Source: Carcharhinus amblyrhynchos
Taxonomy: Eukaryota
Assembly (NCBI GenBank): GCA_965287045.1
Contig: OZ336874.1
Coordinates: forward strand, 85,250,001-85,314,000
Direction of reading: 5' to 3'
DNA: 64,000 nt
Of the stretch, positions 49,801 through 64,000 are shown one piece after another; within the stretch, counting starts at the first letter, position 1; every line of letters starts with the position of its first letter. The translations under genes were made by a program, and so were the position numbers. The notes below the pieces were generated by a model. The model searched no databases, was not told the origin of the DNA, and was given only the letters and a program-made list of their open reading frames with translations.

Positions 49801-52800
49801 AAACCTTCTGCGTCCTCCACGGACAGAATATTTGAAATATGTGCAGCATTTGAGTCGTTACCAAACATAAGAAGACTACTCGGAAGTGTCGGTCTGAAGT
49901 TAAATAATCGTGATAACACAAAGACTGGTTAAACTGTGAATGAAACTTTCTTATAAACTTTAGTTTGAGCGAATTTTCGTAGCTCGCCTTTGTACTTAAG
50001 ACTCCCTTTCAGAAAGTGAGTATTCACAAAGACGTCTCTAAATAGTGCCTTGAAAGGTGTTCACATGAGGACACTGTCTCCTTTCTAGTAACAGAGAGCG
50101 AAGATCTGACAGGTTTTGTTGTCAGTAGTATAGTGAGAGCTTTGTAAGATATTCGTTTCTCTTTCTCTAAATGCTCCAACTTAATAAAGACCCCCTGTCT
50201 TAAAGCGTGCATGCCCCTGCTGTCTCTGTCCACTCGGTGTCCAGTCTGTTCCTAGAACCCCCCACGTGATGTCTGCTAACATAATTTTAATGATTTTGTC
50301 AACGTACACAGAATTAATTTTCATAAAAATGCAAAACAGACAACGTCCTTTGCAAGTATGGTCTTGGAACCTCTTTAAATGCTCCGATGCTGAGAAAGAA
50401 AGGCTGCTCCTTGACTCTAAATTCATCCCATTTCAAAAGAAAGGGTTTCAAACCTGCAAAAAAATTCGCCCCATTCAGATTAGGAGCGTTTATTTCTTGC
50501 TTGGCCTTTGAACAGAGAGGTCATGTCACTCAGAAAAGGGCTATTCCTTCCCTCTCCCTCTCCCCCTCCCCATAACCACAGCGTTCACTCACTCCCACTC
50601 TAAACAAACGTCGGTCCGGGCTGGCTTTAAGGCAACATGGTACAAAGATTAAAGCTTTGGCTTTTTACAAGAAGACGAGGTGCTCCTGTAATCATAGCAA
50701 CGGTATGTAGGCCACAAAGTGCTACCAAAAGCTAGTGATGTCCTCCCTGGAGCGCTCAAGTCTCAGGCTTGTAGGATTTTTATCGACTGTTGCTGCTTCG
50801 CTCCATAACAAGTCTGTCTATGAATTAAAATTAAAAATGGCTGACTCAATATCAGCAATAAGCCAAATATATTAAAGTGTGGGATGTGGCCGGCAAACAG
50901 TCATTACCTGGCGCATCTAGATTTAAAAAAAGCCTCGCTTGCAGCGTGCTGCTGAAGGTATTTTTCTGTTTGCTTTTTCATTCTTTCTGTATTTTTTTAC
51001 GGACTTGCTTGGTTATGCAGCAAAATGTATGTTGACGGGAACGTTTAGTAGTGGATTATTTACGAGGGAATCAGAGGGTCAAGTTCTGGTCTAAGTGGCA
51101 CATCTGCGAAACATTGAGGCTACTAATTCACCAAAGGCTGCATGGCTTTTATTGTAGACATATTGGGGAATTAGTAAGAGTCCGCGTCCCCCATTCGCAA
51201 GGGGGAGGGGGACTGATTATATCATGATGTATTGCTGGCTACACGTTCAATCTGTAGCACTGCAGCTAAAACGAGAAGGCGAAAAAAAATCTAACAAAAC
51301 AATCTAGCCATCCATTATGAAGAAAAATAGGAGCCATGCTGAGAAATTAGGTAAATAAATTCTAAATTAGAAGAATATTAGCCACAACATCATTCACACA
51401 GCTCCACGCCTGTCTGTTCTGATGTGCAATTAAATTAAAACAAATTCACATTTGAACATTTCGCTGGTTTTGGTGCAGTTTATACTTGAAAAAAATTCCT
51501 TCTCAGCCTCACTTAGTTTTTGTTATAGCTACCATGTAGCAACACTAGGTTTCTGGGTGCGCAATATTAAATCTAAAGAGCTATATGAAGGGTCCTAGCT
51601 TTATGTCATAAAACTGTCCTGAATGTACTAAGCGTATGTGTGCCAGTTCATCAATTCCTCTTCCCTTTAAAGCGATTCAGCATTTACAATAGACCCACCT
51701 CGCATATGTCATTGCAGGAAAGCAGATGCTTTTTTTTCACGTATCGTAGTGGCTGGTTATACAGCGTGTACAGTATTACGTTGCAAATGTTCCTGCCCGC
51801 GCATATCGTTTGCTACATGATTTCTACTTCAGATGTATTAAACTTAAGCGAAAGTGGAGTGCAAATCAGGTCTAACAAACAAACATCTTTTTTTACCTCG
51901 GGAGAAATGTCTAAAATGCTCAAACAGCGTCTCCCTTCGACCCCCATTGAAAATTGTATCAGTTTTGCATGTAGAGTTTTGTTTCTAGATTTAGTTCTGA
52001 CCCAATCTGTAATCATGGATTTGCACTGACGAACAATACAATGCAAAATGTGTGCGTAGTTTTTTTATATTGGAAATAAGTGAAGAAGTCGAAATTTTAA
52101 TTCGCTGTCAGTGATTGGGATAGTGACAGTTCAGTATTCGGGTTAGTGGTGTATATATATATTAATCTATAGAGGGAGCGAGAGACCGTTATTAAATACA
52201 AGCGCTGTTGACTTAGCAATGTGACTGCATTAAAATAAGCCACTAATAAAATTGGGCTCAGCATGGTGTATAATTGCAACAGAATGTTTCCAAATAACAT
52301 TTAAAGAGACAGTTGATCATGGAGTCAGAGTCATAGGCAGGCTGCTGTGTACTCCAAACGTTCCGGCACTATTGAAGAAAACCCAGGTGTTAGTAGCCTC
52401 CACCGCCCCCCCTACACACACACACACAAACACACACCTCCCCCATTACTCATGTTAAGTTTTCCACAAGTGAATGTAGTGAAAATAAGAAAAGGTCACT
52501 TCAATCACACCACGGTCCAAACCACATCTCTCCATACATACCTAGTATGGCCTATGCAAGAAGGGGCCTTTTCCATATTTATTGAAACAAATACGCTCAC
52601 ATACACGTCTTGTACTCTGCAGAGGATGTCTTTAAAATGTATTGACGTCACTGCTGGTGATCAGAGTGTATAGCAGAAGGATTCTCCTGACATTCCCACT
52701 GACTCCTAAAGGTTTTATGCTGTTTACACTCGCTGCACTAAGGCTGCAGAGAAACTCCAGCCGAGACCATCGTCTGTGACTGTCAGATCTTCAAGGGAAA

Positions 52801-54344
52801 CCTGCCCAATCTGCCCTTATTCAATCATCTGCATCTCTCCACAAACTTTACCATTCACTGAACCCCGAGTCTGCCAACAAAAGCTATCTTCTCCTCCCCC
52901 CAAAAAATCCCCTTCCCCCTCACGTGTTCTCAATTTTGTATTCTTGCCTTTAGAGTCTTCTCACAACCTTTTTTTTAATACCAATTGATACTTTTAAAAC
53001 AGATATCCCTGTGAATTCACTTACTTGCTGCTCCATAACTGTATTGTTAAAAAAATAAACAGTTGTTCTCCATCATTGTCTTGCAATCTCTTCTATCATC
53101 TCGGTCTCTCTCTCTCTCACATACACACACAAACATATACAATTATCACTGAGATGCAAATGCCACGTGTTGATACATTTTTACTTAATGACAACCTAAA
53201 TCCAATCTCAAAATAAATAAAACTCTTACTTTTTGCAGACTTTCCCCTCTGGCCGTTGCCTTCTTTAATTATGTGTGCTAGATTTCTTCCCTATGTAAAA
53301 AAAAAGCCTGGGGTTTTGGATGGAATCTCGGTGCTGTGTTTTGTTTTGGAGAGGAGGCTACGTTCCCCATACCCAAAGGCTCTCAGTTAAGTGCAGATTG
53401 AGACATATCGGGTTCCTTATAAAAGGATCATTTCATGTGGGAGGTTGGACACAAAGTTTGGACTCGTGACTTGCATTCCTGAGCGACATGCATATTTTAA
53501 AACAACAAAGCAAGCGAGGAACAAGGCTGGGGGGGGGGGGGGGGGGGTGGTGAAAAAAAAACTTGGAGGAGAAGTTTCTAAGCGATAAGAATCTCGCTTT
53601 CCAAAATTATATCCAGTAATTGCTATTCTTTCAGAACACCATGGGTAACGTGTACTGCAAAAAAGCTTGGAAGCGTTCTGCATCAAGTACAGATTGATTG
53701 TTCTGTTCACCCAAAGACATTTACTATGGTTAGGGCCAACCAGAGTTAAAGTGAAGGAAAGACAGCACAGAATGAATTGTTTACAAGTGCACGGTTGCAT
53801 TGGCCATGTGTATCAGTAAAATGTGCAGCACCTTCCTCAGGCTCTGCACAATGCTGCTGACTTGGTTTAGAATGATGCCGTCGTTACGTAATGAGTGCAG
53901 TTATTAATGGGAAATCAAATGAGGGGAAACTCAGACGAAATGGTGACAGCTGAAGAAATGGGCAGCGTCACACAGCGTGTGAAACCACAATTTAATGCCT
54001 GGTGCCAAAAAAATGCCCTGATTGCTTTATTCATTTCATTCATTTAACATGTGATTATCAGCCTGGGAGCTGAAAGCGGCAAATGCAGGCAAAATGTCAT
54101 GTAGGCCACATAGGCAAGTGTTGTGTGCAGCTCAGCAACGCTGCTGCGTTCTCCAAACCGCATCGATTCTTATTTCTACCAGAAAACACTGTTTGTAACA
54201 TGTGTGGATATTTAAGCCCCCGCAGAAAGAAAAATGAAGACGAAATGAGAGAACAAATAGTGAGGACATAGATATCTCTGTTAGTTGTCAATGCAGGTCC
54301 ATGGGCCGAGAATGCTAATGAGGCTTTGCAGTGAAGACGGGAGC

Positions 54345-54368
54345 TGTGTGTGTGTGTGTGTGTGTGTG
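54345..54368. repeat. (TG)n microsatellite
   Basis: Direct observation. Confidence 0.95.
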
Positions 54369-55932
54369 CGCAGGGATCGATAGCTGACCCAATGGTTTGG
54401 GCAATGCTTTATCTGGCCGAGCAATGATATTATCAGCCTTGAATGTTATATACAGCAAACGTCTTCCTAAATCAACACAAACGGTTCGCTTACAGAAGTC
54501 TTCTCAGTGCCCCCTTTGGAAAAAAAACCCTTCATGACTGGTATATTTTATATCCCGTAGCTTTTTATTTGATCCATTGCCTTAGCTTGATCTAGGACTC
54601 TGTAGACAAGAAGATATATACACAATTATACAGCTATCATCTTGCCTGTTAACAGGCTTACTGAGAGACAGAGAAAAAAGAAACCCACACAGTCTTGTTG
54701 TTTTATTTTACAGTACAACATTTTTATTCAAATCCATTTGTCAACAATGTAAACGATGTTATGTCAATTCATTTTATTAATAATACATCAGGAAGTACAC
54801 ATCATTGCTGAGCATTTTAGAAATCGTTTCATGTTGTTTGACAGTGATATTGCAACCTCACACACATCTTAACAAGGCCTCCCCCCACCCCCATTCCCTC
54901 TTCTGCCTAGGGTGTTAATGCGGCTTGGTCCATATTTCTCAAGAAATTTGTAATCACCGCTGAACTGTTCATATGTTGCCATGCAAGTGATGTGGCGTAT
55001 TTCATACAAGGCATCGTGGAATGGGCAATGATTCATCACATCGATAAATGGAGAAGATGTCAAGCTAATGCAATGTTTCGATTCATTAAATATCCAGTAA
55101 GTGATAGACTGCATTTTATATATGTCTGTGAACAGGCGGCAAGTAAACTTTGTATCTATCTGAAAGTCAGCGGCCTTCTTTCCGAACTGCAACAATTAAA
55201 TACATGGCGAATGTACTTATCTTCAATCAGAGAACATGCCAGGGAGGTTGCAATGGAATCCCAAGTAAGTGACATTACAGGACTCTGGGCTGAGCACTCG
55301 TGCACTCTCTTGGACAGATAGTGAAATGCGTGATGTAAACTTTTTTTGAGGCTGATTTTTTATGAGGTGGGTGGATGCTGGAACTCAGATCCTTCGGTGC
55401 AGGGTTTGAAACGTATTCCCTGACAAGTGGGGATAATAAATGAGAGTCGCTTTCAGATGGATACCTCAGACGTGAAATTGCGCCCAGCTGGTTGTGTAAG
55501 CAAACAAATAGTTTCATGTAAGAATCTCGTCTTGTAGGTTGATGAATAGAACACGACATCGGTAAATGGGTCTTTAACTCATTTAGGAATAAAACTCTTG
55601 GCTCTCTCAGTGAAAGACACGGAGACGCCATGTACCCAGAGCAATCGCTATTTAAAAACAGAGTTTTATTAGTTTCCACTCCTTCACCCACATTTTTACC
55701 ATTAAATTCAAATGTCAGTCAATTACAATGGTCACCAGCTCATCAGCGCAAAATCTAAACAGGCCCTAACTTTGCTGCACGTATGGAGATTAATAGATTT
55801 GTTTTGTGAAAATACTTGGGAGTTGGAAATGCGAGAAGTTAAATAGGAAAGTATTAGAAGGTAAACATACTTCTCCTATTTAGCAAATGACATCTGTTTG
55901 TAAAATAAAACCACCTTTTTAGACAAAAGCGT

Positions 55933-55965
55933 TGTGTGTGTGTGTGTGTGTGTGTTGGGGGGGGG
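55933..55965. repeat. (TG)n microsatellite plus G run
   Basis: Direct observation. Confidence 0.95.
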
Positions 55966-56576
55966 TTCAAATTAAGTAGAGTGTTTTTAAAACAAACTAC
56001 TTTTCAGGATTAATCTCAAGCCCTCGCTTTCTCCCAAACCATATTGAATATAACACCAACAGATTCGCTCTGCAGCTTAAAATTAGGCCGATCAAATATC
56101 TTTTTAATTTGTTATTTTTAAAACGTGCTCAAACTGTGCAAAATGTGACAGAGTTAAACGGTGAAGATGGACAGATGGAATGAAAATAAATTCATTTCAC
56201 TCAACTGGAACTGTAATAAACACAGTTATTTAAAAGAAATGTTTCAAACGACAGGCAGACAGTGGTTTAGCCTTTGCATAGTTAGATCCCTAAGGGAGTC
56301 CCTTTTTTTATTTTTTAAACAAATCTTGTGGTTACAACAGTTTAAAATCAACCTCTGGAAAAAAATGGGCACCACCCGGCCGAGAGACTTAAATCGGGCA
56401 AGAAAATAAAGGGTAGAGGGGCGCAAAATAGTCCAGGTAGCGCGTTGGACAGTAAAAATTCAAACAAAAAATATATAAAATCATGTAGCCATAGGACAAC
56501 CTAAGACAAAGAGAACCCAGTAAAGGTCTGAGGAGAATTCGGGATGTCAAGAATGAGAGGGTCGGGGGAGGGGTGC

Positions 56577-56641
56577 GTGTGTGTGTGTGTGTGTGGGGGG
56601 GGGGGGGGGCTGGGTGGGAGACACAGAGAGAGAGAGAGAGA
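56577..56641. repeat. (GT)n / poly(G) / (AG)n compound repeat
   Basis: Direct observation. Confidence 0.9.
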
Positions 56642-59376
56642 CCTATAAGAGAATTGAAGCAAAGCTGGGAAGGGAAGACGAGCCAACAGTGCTTAAGGGG
56701 AGAATCAGACAAAACAAGCGCCAAAAAGATGCCAATGTTCAATGACAATTCGATGAAACAGAAAGAAATAAAAGATGGGAAAGCAGAATCCAGGTCTGGT
56801 GTTAAAGTGGAAATCAAACAGAAACAAGCAAAAAAAAAGAGCAGCCGGTGGATTTTAAAGAGAATTCGAGAAAAGGGGGATTGGAGAATTGTGATTCTTA
56901 TCATTCAGAGCGGGGATGATGTGTGGAGGGTGGAGGGGGGGGGGCGGAGAAAGAAAACAAATAACAGTCTGCGATCGACACCTCTCAAGTCTGTCCTTAT
57001 TCATTTTTTTAAAAAAAATGCAAGTATAACGTTTCAGGAAAGAATAAAACATTATTTGCAAACTGCACATGATTTATTACAAAAACAATATACATCTGTT
57101 TTCATTTTTATTAAAAGTACACTAACACCATCGTGAAACATGTACACTTCTCCTGTGTTTAGTTCATATTCATTTTCAGCTTAATTTATGCATTGACAGC
57201 GATATACGCCCACCCCCACCAATTAGTCAACTTTTGAGTTGTTATCGATGAAATGTAAAGCTCGGGACACCTTACTCTTTTAAAATTTCTTTCTTGCGCA
57301 CTCTGGACCCTTTGATACCATCTTCATTTGAGAAAACAGAAAATATGCTCATACTAAGCACCAAAATTTCTTAGTTGTGGGTCCATTTTTATTCCGCGTT
57401 TGCTCCAGAGGTTTAACGCCAATTCCCCCCTCTCATATTCGCCCTACTGTAAAGTCAATGAATAAACGTCACAACGTCCCAGTATGTTAGATCTTTTTTC
57501 CCCAGTAGAACCATTTTAAAACTCCATATTTAACTACTGACGAATTTATTGGGAAATAAAACAAGATAATGCATCTAAAATAGAACCAAAAACATTTGCA
57601 GGGGGATTTACTTGAGATGGAGAGGAACAGAAAACAGTGTATAATCGTGTAAACTATAGTGTATGGAAAAGTGGTTCATTAGATTAGAATGTTATAATTT
57701 AGATATGAAACTCATTATGGCACATAACAATGAAATGACACAAATACAGACAACTAAAGGGCAGCCTCCAGGATGCGAAAGTATAATCCACGCACTGTTC
57801 AGATCATTAATACTTGACCACACACTGCAACGTTCCCAGATTAGTTTAATGAATTATGATGCCAGAAATGAAGCTACGGACCAAAAGGTGTCGGCTTTTT
57901 TGTTTCACCAGAAAGGATCGAAACTGGACAGGGAAAACATTTTTTTGATGTATCTAAAAATCTCAATAGGCCGCCATGTTTGTTTGCTAGCATCTGCTTT
58001 GAATGAACCAGGCTGCCCATTTGATTAAAGTGCGGGACTGAGCTGCAATTTCTCCAAGAAGAAAAATATGACCTTAAGTCATAAATTTCCTGGTCATCCC
58101 CAAAGTCAATCAGTGCATTACTTCGGCTGAAGCACATTGCACAGAGTCAAGTGCATTACAAAAGTGCCAATTGCAGGCATCGCAAGTTGAAATCAGTATT
58201 TCGTTTCAGGTTGCATATTTGGATTTTGCAATAGTGTTCGCCCCCCCTCCCCTACCACCTCTTCTTTCTGGGAGTATTATGATATCTGAAGGTTCCAATT
58301 AAATATATTCCTTGGGGAAAATAAAGTTCCGAAATGGCTTCTCAGTTGTACTCAGTAAAATTAATAATGATAATAAACAATAGATAACTAGAAAGAAGGA
58401 GCCTAGAATGCACAGGGTCCAGCCTCACGAAATGATTGCGCAGGTTAAAAGCAGGTGGCAGTAAATAAAAATCCACCGCTTATTAAACACTCTGTACCCA
58501 ATGTACAAATATGTGTTTACCAAAGAGAAAGTGGAATGCAGTATTTACATAGTGTCAGAGCAGCGCGCGTTTACTATCAAGGCTATTCATTTCTACAGAA
58601 TGGAATCGCGCGGTATCAAAGATATTGGGTCACCACATACCATACTGAAATCCGGACTGAAGTTTCACTAACAGCCACGAAATGTAATAGATTTGTTTAT
58701 ATAAGTGGATTCAAACAATTAATTAGAAACAGTCCTTCAAAATAGGGGGAAACTGCATTTTGGAATATAACCACTGTCCCCCCACAGTTCCTGACATGTT
58801 ATGAAATACCACAGGACGTCCCCTGTCATACTCTGCTAACAAGTTTAAACAGTATTTTAATTGGATTTAACGGTGAAACGATGAAAAATCATTATCTATT
58901 AGGGCTTTGATGTCGATGGGCGGCCGTAAAAGGGTTGTGTAAAAGTCGGGGTAGAAGGAAATAGGGGCCTAGGGGCAACGCTCATAGCGACAACTGACAA
59001 TAAGTTGTAGTTAAACCCATTGAATCAGCACTGATCAGAATAAAACAATTCTGAAATATCCATAATGTTAAGTGCAACCAACGTGCGCACAACAATACCT
59101 CAGTTCTTTCTTTATTAGTTATCCATCTTACTTGCTTATGTAGGCATGTACAGGTATTGTTACTGCATACTGCTATTGTGGGTGGATATATACATCTGTA
59201 TTGGAACATACATAGACAATCTATTTACACGTTAATTATTCCATCTAAAAGTGTCTATAGCCATCGCCTTGTGTATCCTGCAGCTTTGCGACTAGAATGT
59301 TAAAAACCCCAAGCGGCCAGATAGCAGGATCGCGTTAAATGCAGAGAAAGCTTGAGAGCATAGACAGGAAAATCAA

Positions 59377-59628
59377 AACACACGCTCTCACATAAACACT
59401 CGCACATACACTCACACAGACACAGACACACACTCACACACAACACAGACACACAAAAAACACATTCACACACACACTCACACATCTATACTCATCCAGA
59501 CACACACAAACGCACACACACGCTCAAACAAACACACATATTCACTCACACACAGACATTCTCACATGCACACACACCTTCTCTTTCACACACACATATA
59601 TATAAAGAGACACATCTATCTCACACAC
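59377..59628. repeat. Degenerate (CA)n tract
   Basis: About 250 bp of interrupted CA repeats. Confidence 0.9.
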
Positions 59629-60099
59629 AAAATATGCATTCGGTTCCACCAGCACAACACATATTTGCAACCATTCGGATTCACAGTGTGCCTCTTGCTG
59701 CTTTACTCTGGACTGGTTATTACGTTTAATTTCGATGCACAATTGTTAAAGGAAGCCCTCCCATGATAGTGTGTGCTAGAGCTTTGATCCGGATTATAAA
59801 ATACTAATGCAAACAACAACTGAAATCGACAACAGCCTTTTCTAGGCAAGGCACAGCAGTCCTTACATCTCCACTGTCTGAGCGGTTAGCTCTTTCAAAG
59901 CTTCTGAATATTTTATCCAGCATGTAATTATAACTTTAATGGTATTATTGAAAACATGATAAGGAATTTATATACACATATGATTAATAAGGCCCCGGCA
60001 ATTAATGTCCAAATATCAGTGGGATGGAAGTCCCTTAAAATCTATATTGTCGATCACGAAGCAGAGAACGACACCACCAGTGAACAGATAACACAAACA

Positions 60100-61392
60100 C
60101 GGCTGCGATAGATCTCTTTTATATCACTTTTGTAATTGTTCCAGCGTAACAATGTTTTTTTACAAGAATATTCCATCATACCCACAGAACAACGCCACAG
60201 TACAACACGTCTGCAAGGGTACAACGCATGTACTTCTTTCTAGACGTTGTGTGTTTTTGTTTAAGTCTACAGGTAAACAGGCTCGGCAGTACTGATAGGA
60301 AAGTTTAGTCGCATGATTAAAAACTGGGTGGGGGGGGTGGTGAGGTGAGCTTGGAAGGTGGGGGAGGGGAACACAAAATAAAACAATTTTGTTTCCACGT
60401 GGGAAGTCAGGGACAATTGGTTTGGGGTGAAGGGGGGGGGGGGGCTGGAGGTGCAGGGTGGGGGGTTGGGGGGGGAGTAGATAGAGAATGGGGAGGACTC
60501 GTTATCGTAACAAAACAAAACTTTAACCAAGGTCAGTCCTGAATGCAAATCAATAACTTCAATCAACCTAATTCCAGAGTTCACGGAGACTTTTTAAAAA
60601 AAATCAATGAAAAAGTGTCTTGGACACTCAGACCAAAACTCTTATTTCTACGAAGGCGATGGGAACTGACACAGAATACAAGTGTTCTTTAGACGGTCCA
60701 CTGTGTGATAGTTCTAAAAACACGCTTTCTCTATTATCCTTTAGCAGTGTTCTCTTACAATCTGATCTCTTTAAAACGTCAGGTTTGCCAATACTGCAGG
60801 CTTGTTGGTACGCTTAAAGCGACAAAAAAGTTTCTTTTTTTAAAATGTTGTGCTAAATTTTTTTATTTGTTTAATTCTGATTTCAATTTTAATTCTTGGA
60901 GAACATAGCTTTGACGACATAAATCGCACTCATTATAAGAAGCAAAAGGTTATATCAAAAAATTATTAGTATAGAATCACAGGAAACCTGGTTTGGAACC
61001 AGAAAAAAAATACAAAACAGATATAGATACATAGACACAGGACAATTTTATAATTATTTGGAAAATGTTATTTTCCCCCTAATTTCTGATTCTGTTTTTT
61101 TTAAATGCGCATACGATGTTTTTTTTTGAATTTTACAAAAAAAAGGAAAATAAAGACTAATACTTTACAAAATGATAAGCAATGCTTGTGGTAAGTGTGA
61201 TTCTACATATGGTGCAGTTCAGTTCCTTTTCACAGAATAAATCCCACAGTCAATAGTTTGGCCTCTTGGAAGGTCCTTTTTATTTTCACAGATATCATCC
61301 TAAAGGAACTTTCAAGTTCTTGAATGGAGAGGGAGGCTCGCCTAAAATGCTTGTTTTTTTTGTTTTGTTTGGGGAGGGGTGTCCTTCTCTCA
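60100..61392 (-). other. NR2F1: Probable NR2F1 3' UTR
   Basis: Follows the stop codon. Minus-strand AATAAA at 61279-61284 and 60862-60867 and a TATAAA variant near 60120; the true end is not determinable from sequence. Confidence 0.55.
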
Positions 61393-61725
<333 letters not shown>

Positions 61726-61772
61726 TTAATCCTCGTTTATATTTTATATATCAATCCACACACTCTCTTTAT

Positions 61773-61780
61773 TTCTCTCC

Positions 61781-61817
<37 letters not shown>

Positions 61818-61830
61818 GCACTCACACACT
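61773..61830. repeat. (CT)n(CA)n microsatellite in the NR2F1 intron
   Basis: Direct observation. Confidence 0.9.
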
Positions 61831-63379
61831 CCTCAACATGTTGGAGGCGGACAGGCTATCTGATAACGTCTCTGCGTTTTTGTTGCAAATATTACGGCTG
61901 ATGCAGTCTGTGATGCCAGAAGAAATAGCCAGCATAAGCTTTGAATTATAAGCAACAAAGAAACTCTTAAATAATAAGTACAGATGTACGCCATTTCCCG
62001 CAGAGAATCAAGCCAGAGACACCAGTGTCTGAGAACATTGTGTGATAGATACTGGTACGTGTTATTGTTCCTACTCTCTTGCAGCATGTCCTACACATGC
62101 TTCTTGTGCATTCCACCGCAAAACAGTCTTTCCTTTAACTCTACATAATCGTGTAATTTTGTACAGACTTTTTCTTAAAAAGTGATAAACAAGAAGACGT
62201 GCAAATTATAAACACACCATTCATAGGAAAGCAGGGCTGTCATAGTAGGCTGTGAAATCCCCCCTTTGTACTGCCAGATTTGGTAATACTACTATGTAAA
62301 GCATGATGGTTGTATTGTCGGCAACATTTCCCATGTTTTAAAATGCGTTCTAATGAAGGCAACATAAACCTAGTTATTGGAGGTTTGAGGTTTGTTCGAT
62401 TTTCTTTTGCAAAATAGCACTTAGTGGATTTTAAAATTCCAATTTGATTTGTGCATACACATTTTGTACACACATTTTGTATACATATTTTCTGTGCACT
62501 GCCCAGGTTTGGGAACATTTTGTGGAACAGACAAGGGGCCAGATTGAGCTTTCTTTCAGGAAAGGCTCTGGAACAATTTGCGAATGCTTTAATTTATATG
62601 CTTAGAAGCCACATTTTAGCGTATGAATTAATAAAGTAAAATAGGAAGTTTGGGTCACGACCCAGCACTTGGACAGCATCCAGAATAAGAGGTTGAAAAT
62701 ACCATCCGGAAACCGAAGGTAAAACCACAACAAGCCTCCTGCAAGCTTCAGTAACTTCCAGCGGCCCTCACAAACAGGCCAGCGAGAAAGAAAATGGCAA
62801 GAAAAACACCCTCTCGATCATCCAAAGGCTGCCTGCTTTGGAAAACTTGGACAGCTTTGAGAAAGGCTTCCCATGAATTCCCCTCTGGCTAACAATCAAA
62901 ACAAGTTTGGTCAAAACTGGAAGGTGGGGGGGGGTGGGGTGGGGGGAGGAGAGTGCAATGTTAAGCGTTTGAACAGACGCATATAACATCTACTTTTCTG
63001 CTATAATCGCATTTTGTGTCTCTCCCCTTGTGATTGTTGTATTTACCAACAGTTCTCTCGATAAAGGAATAATTTATCAAGATTTGGGGGCTGTTGAAAA
63101 GACAATTAATTTATAATTTTACTGATCAATTTCCAATTGATTTACATCAGATTATGTCATTTAATAAAACTCTCCTGCTTAAAATAAATCATTGTTATAG
63201 CACTTGACTAATACCACCCTGTACATAAATAAGCATCAGCCGCCCAAACCATCCATACCTGCTTTCCCATGCACTCTTACTGCACCGAGCGAGCAACGTT
63301 TTATTGATTTAGATCCAATTTGCCCAACTTTCTGTCCCGTTCGCCCCCTCCCCCTGCCGTCCCTCCTTCCCAAAACCTA

Positions 63380-63979
<600 letters not shown>

Positions 63980-64000
63980 TCAGAAACGCATCATTTTAAA

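Noticed and set aside
56389-57136. 171-aa and 187-aa overlapping ORFs
   Set aside because: They run through microsatellites and purine-rich low-complexity DNA, with no recognisable domain or splice support.
62663-62677. RE1-like CAGCACTTGGACAGC in NR2F1 intron 2
   Set aside because: The spacer is one base short of the canonical arrangement; too weak to call.

Overview
Vertebrate genomic DNA, almost certainly from a shark or other elasmobranch, judged by its repeat repertoire (HE1-type SINEs, SacSINE1-like DeuSINE, CR1 LINEs with (ATTCTATG)n/(TTCTTATG)n tails, shark-type Penelope ends). The window spans the tail-to-tail junction of two genes. The last coding exon of FAM172A/ARB2A lies at 32368-32519 (+) and is missed by the ORF track. 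Exons 2 and 3 of NR2F1/COUP-TFI lie at 63385-63912 and 61393-61667 (-). Bases 1-~28.8 kb (probably the last FAM172A intron) are CpG-depleted and full of nested retroelements: a decayed Gypsy element, young and old CR1 copies, Rex1/Babar and other LINEs, Penelope remnants with decayed hammerhead ribozyme cores, MITEs, and a UACA-like coiled-coil pseudogene. From ~29 kb to the end I recognise no transposons; from ~33 kb the DNA is AT-rich yet keeps its CpGs and carries candidate conserved non-coding elements and REST, CTCF, NRF1 and PBX/MEIS-type motifs, as expected for the NR2F1 regulatory block. I found no convincing wholly new protein-coding system. The most interesting signals are regulatory or architectural. 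Family names and homology calls come from recall, not from searches. Nearly all other ORFs in the track are spurious or transposon-derived.
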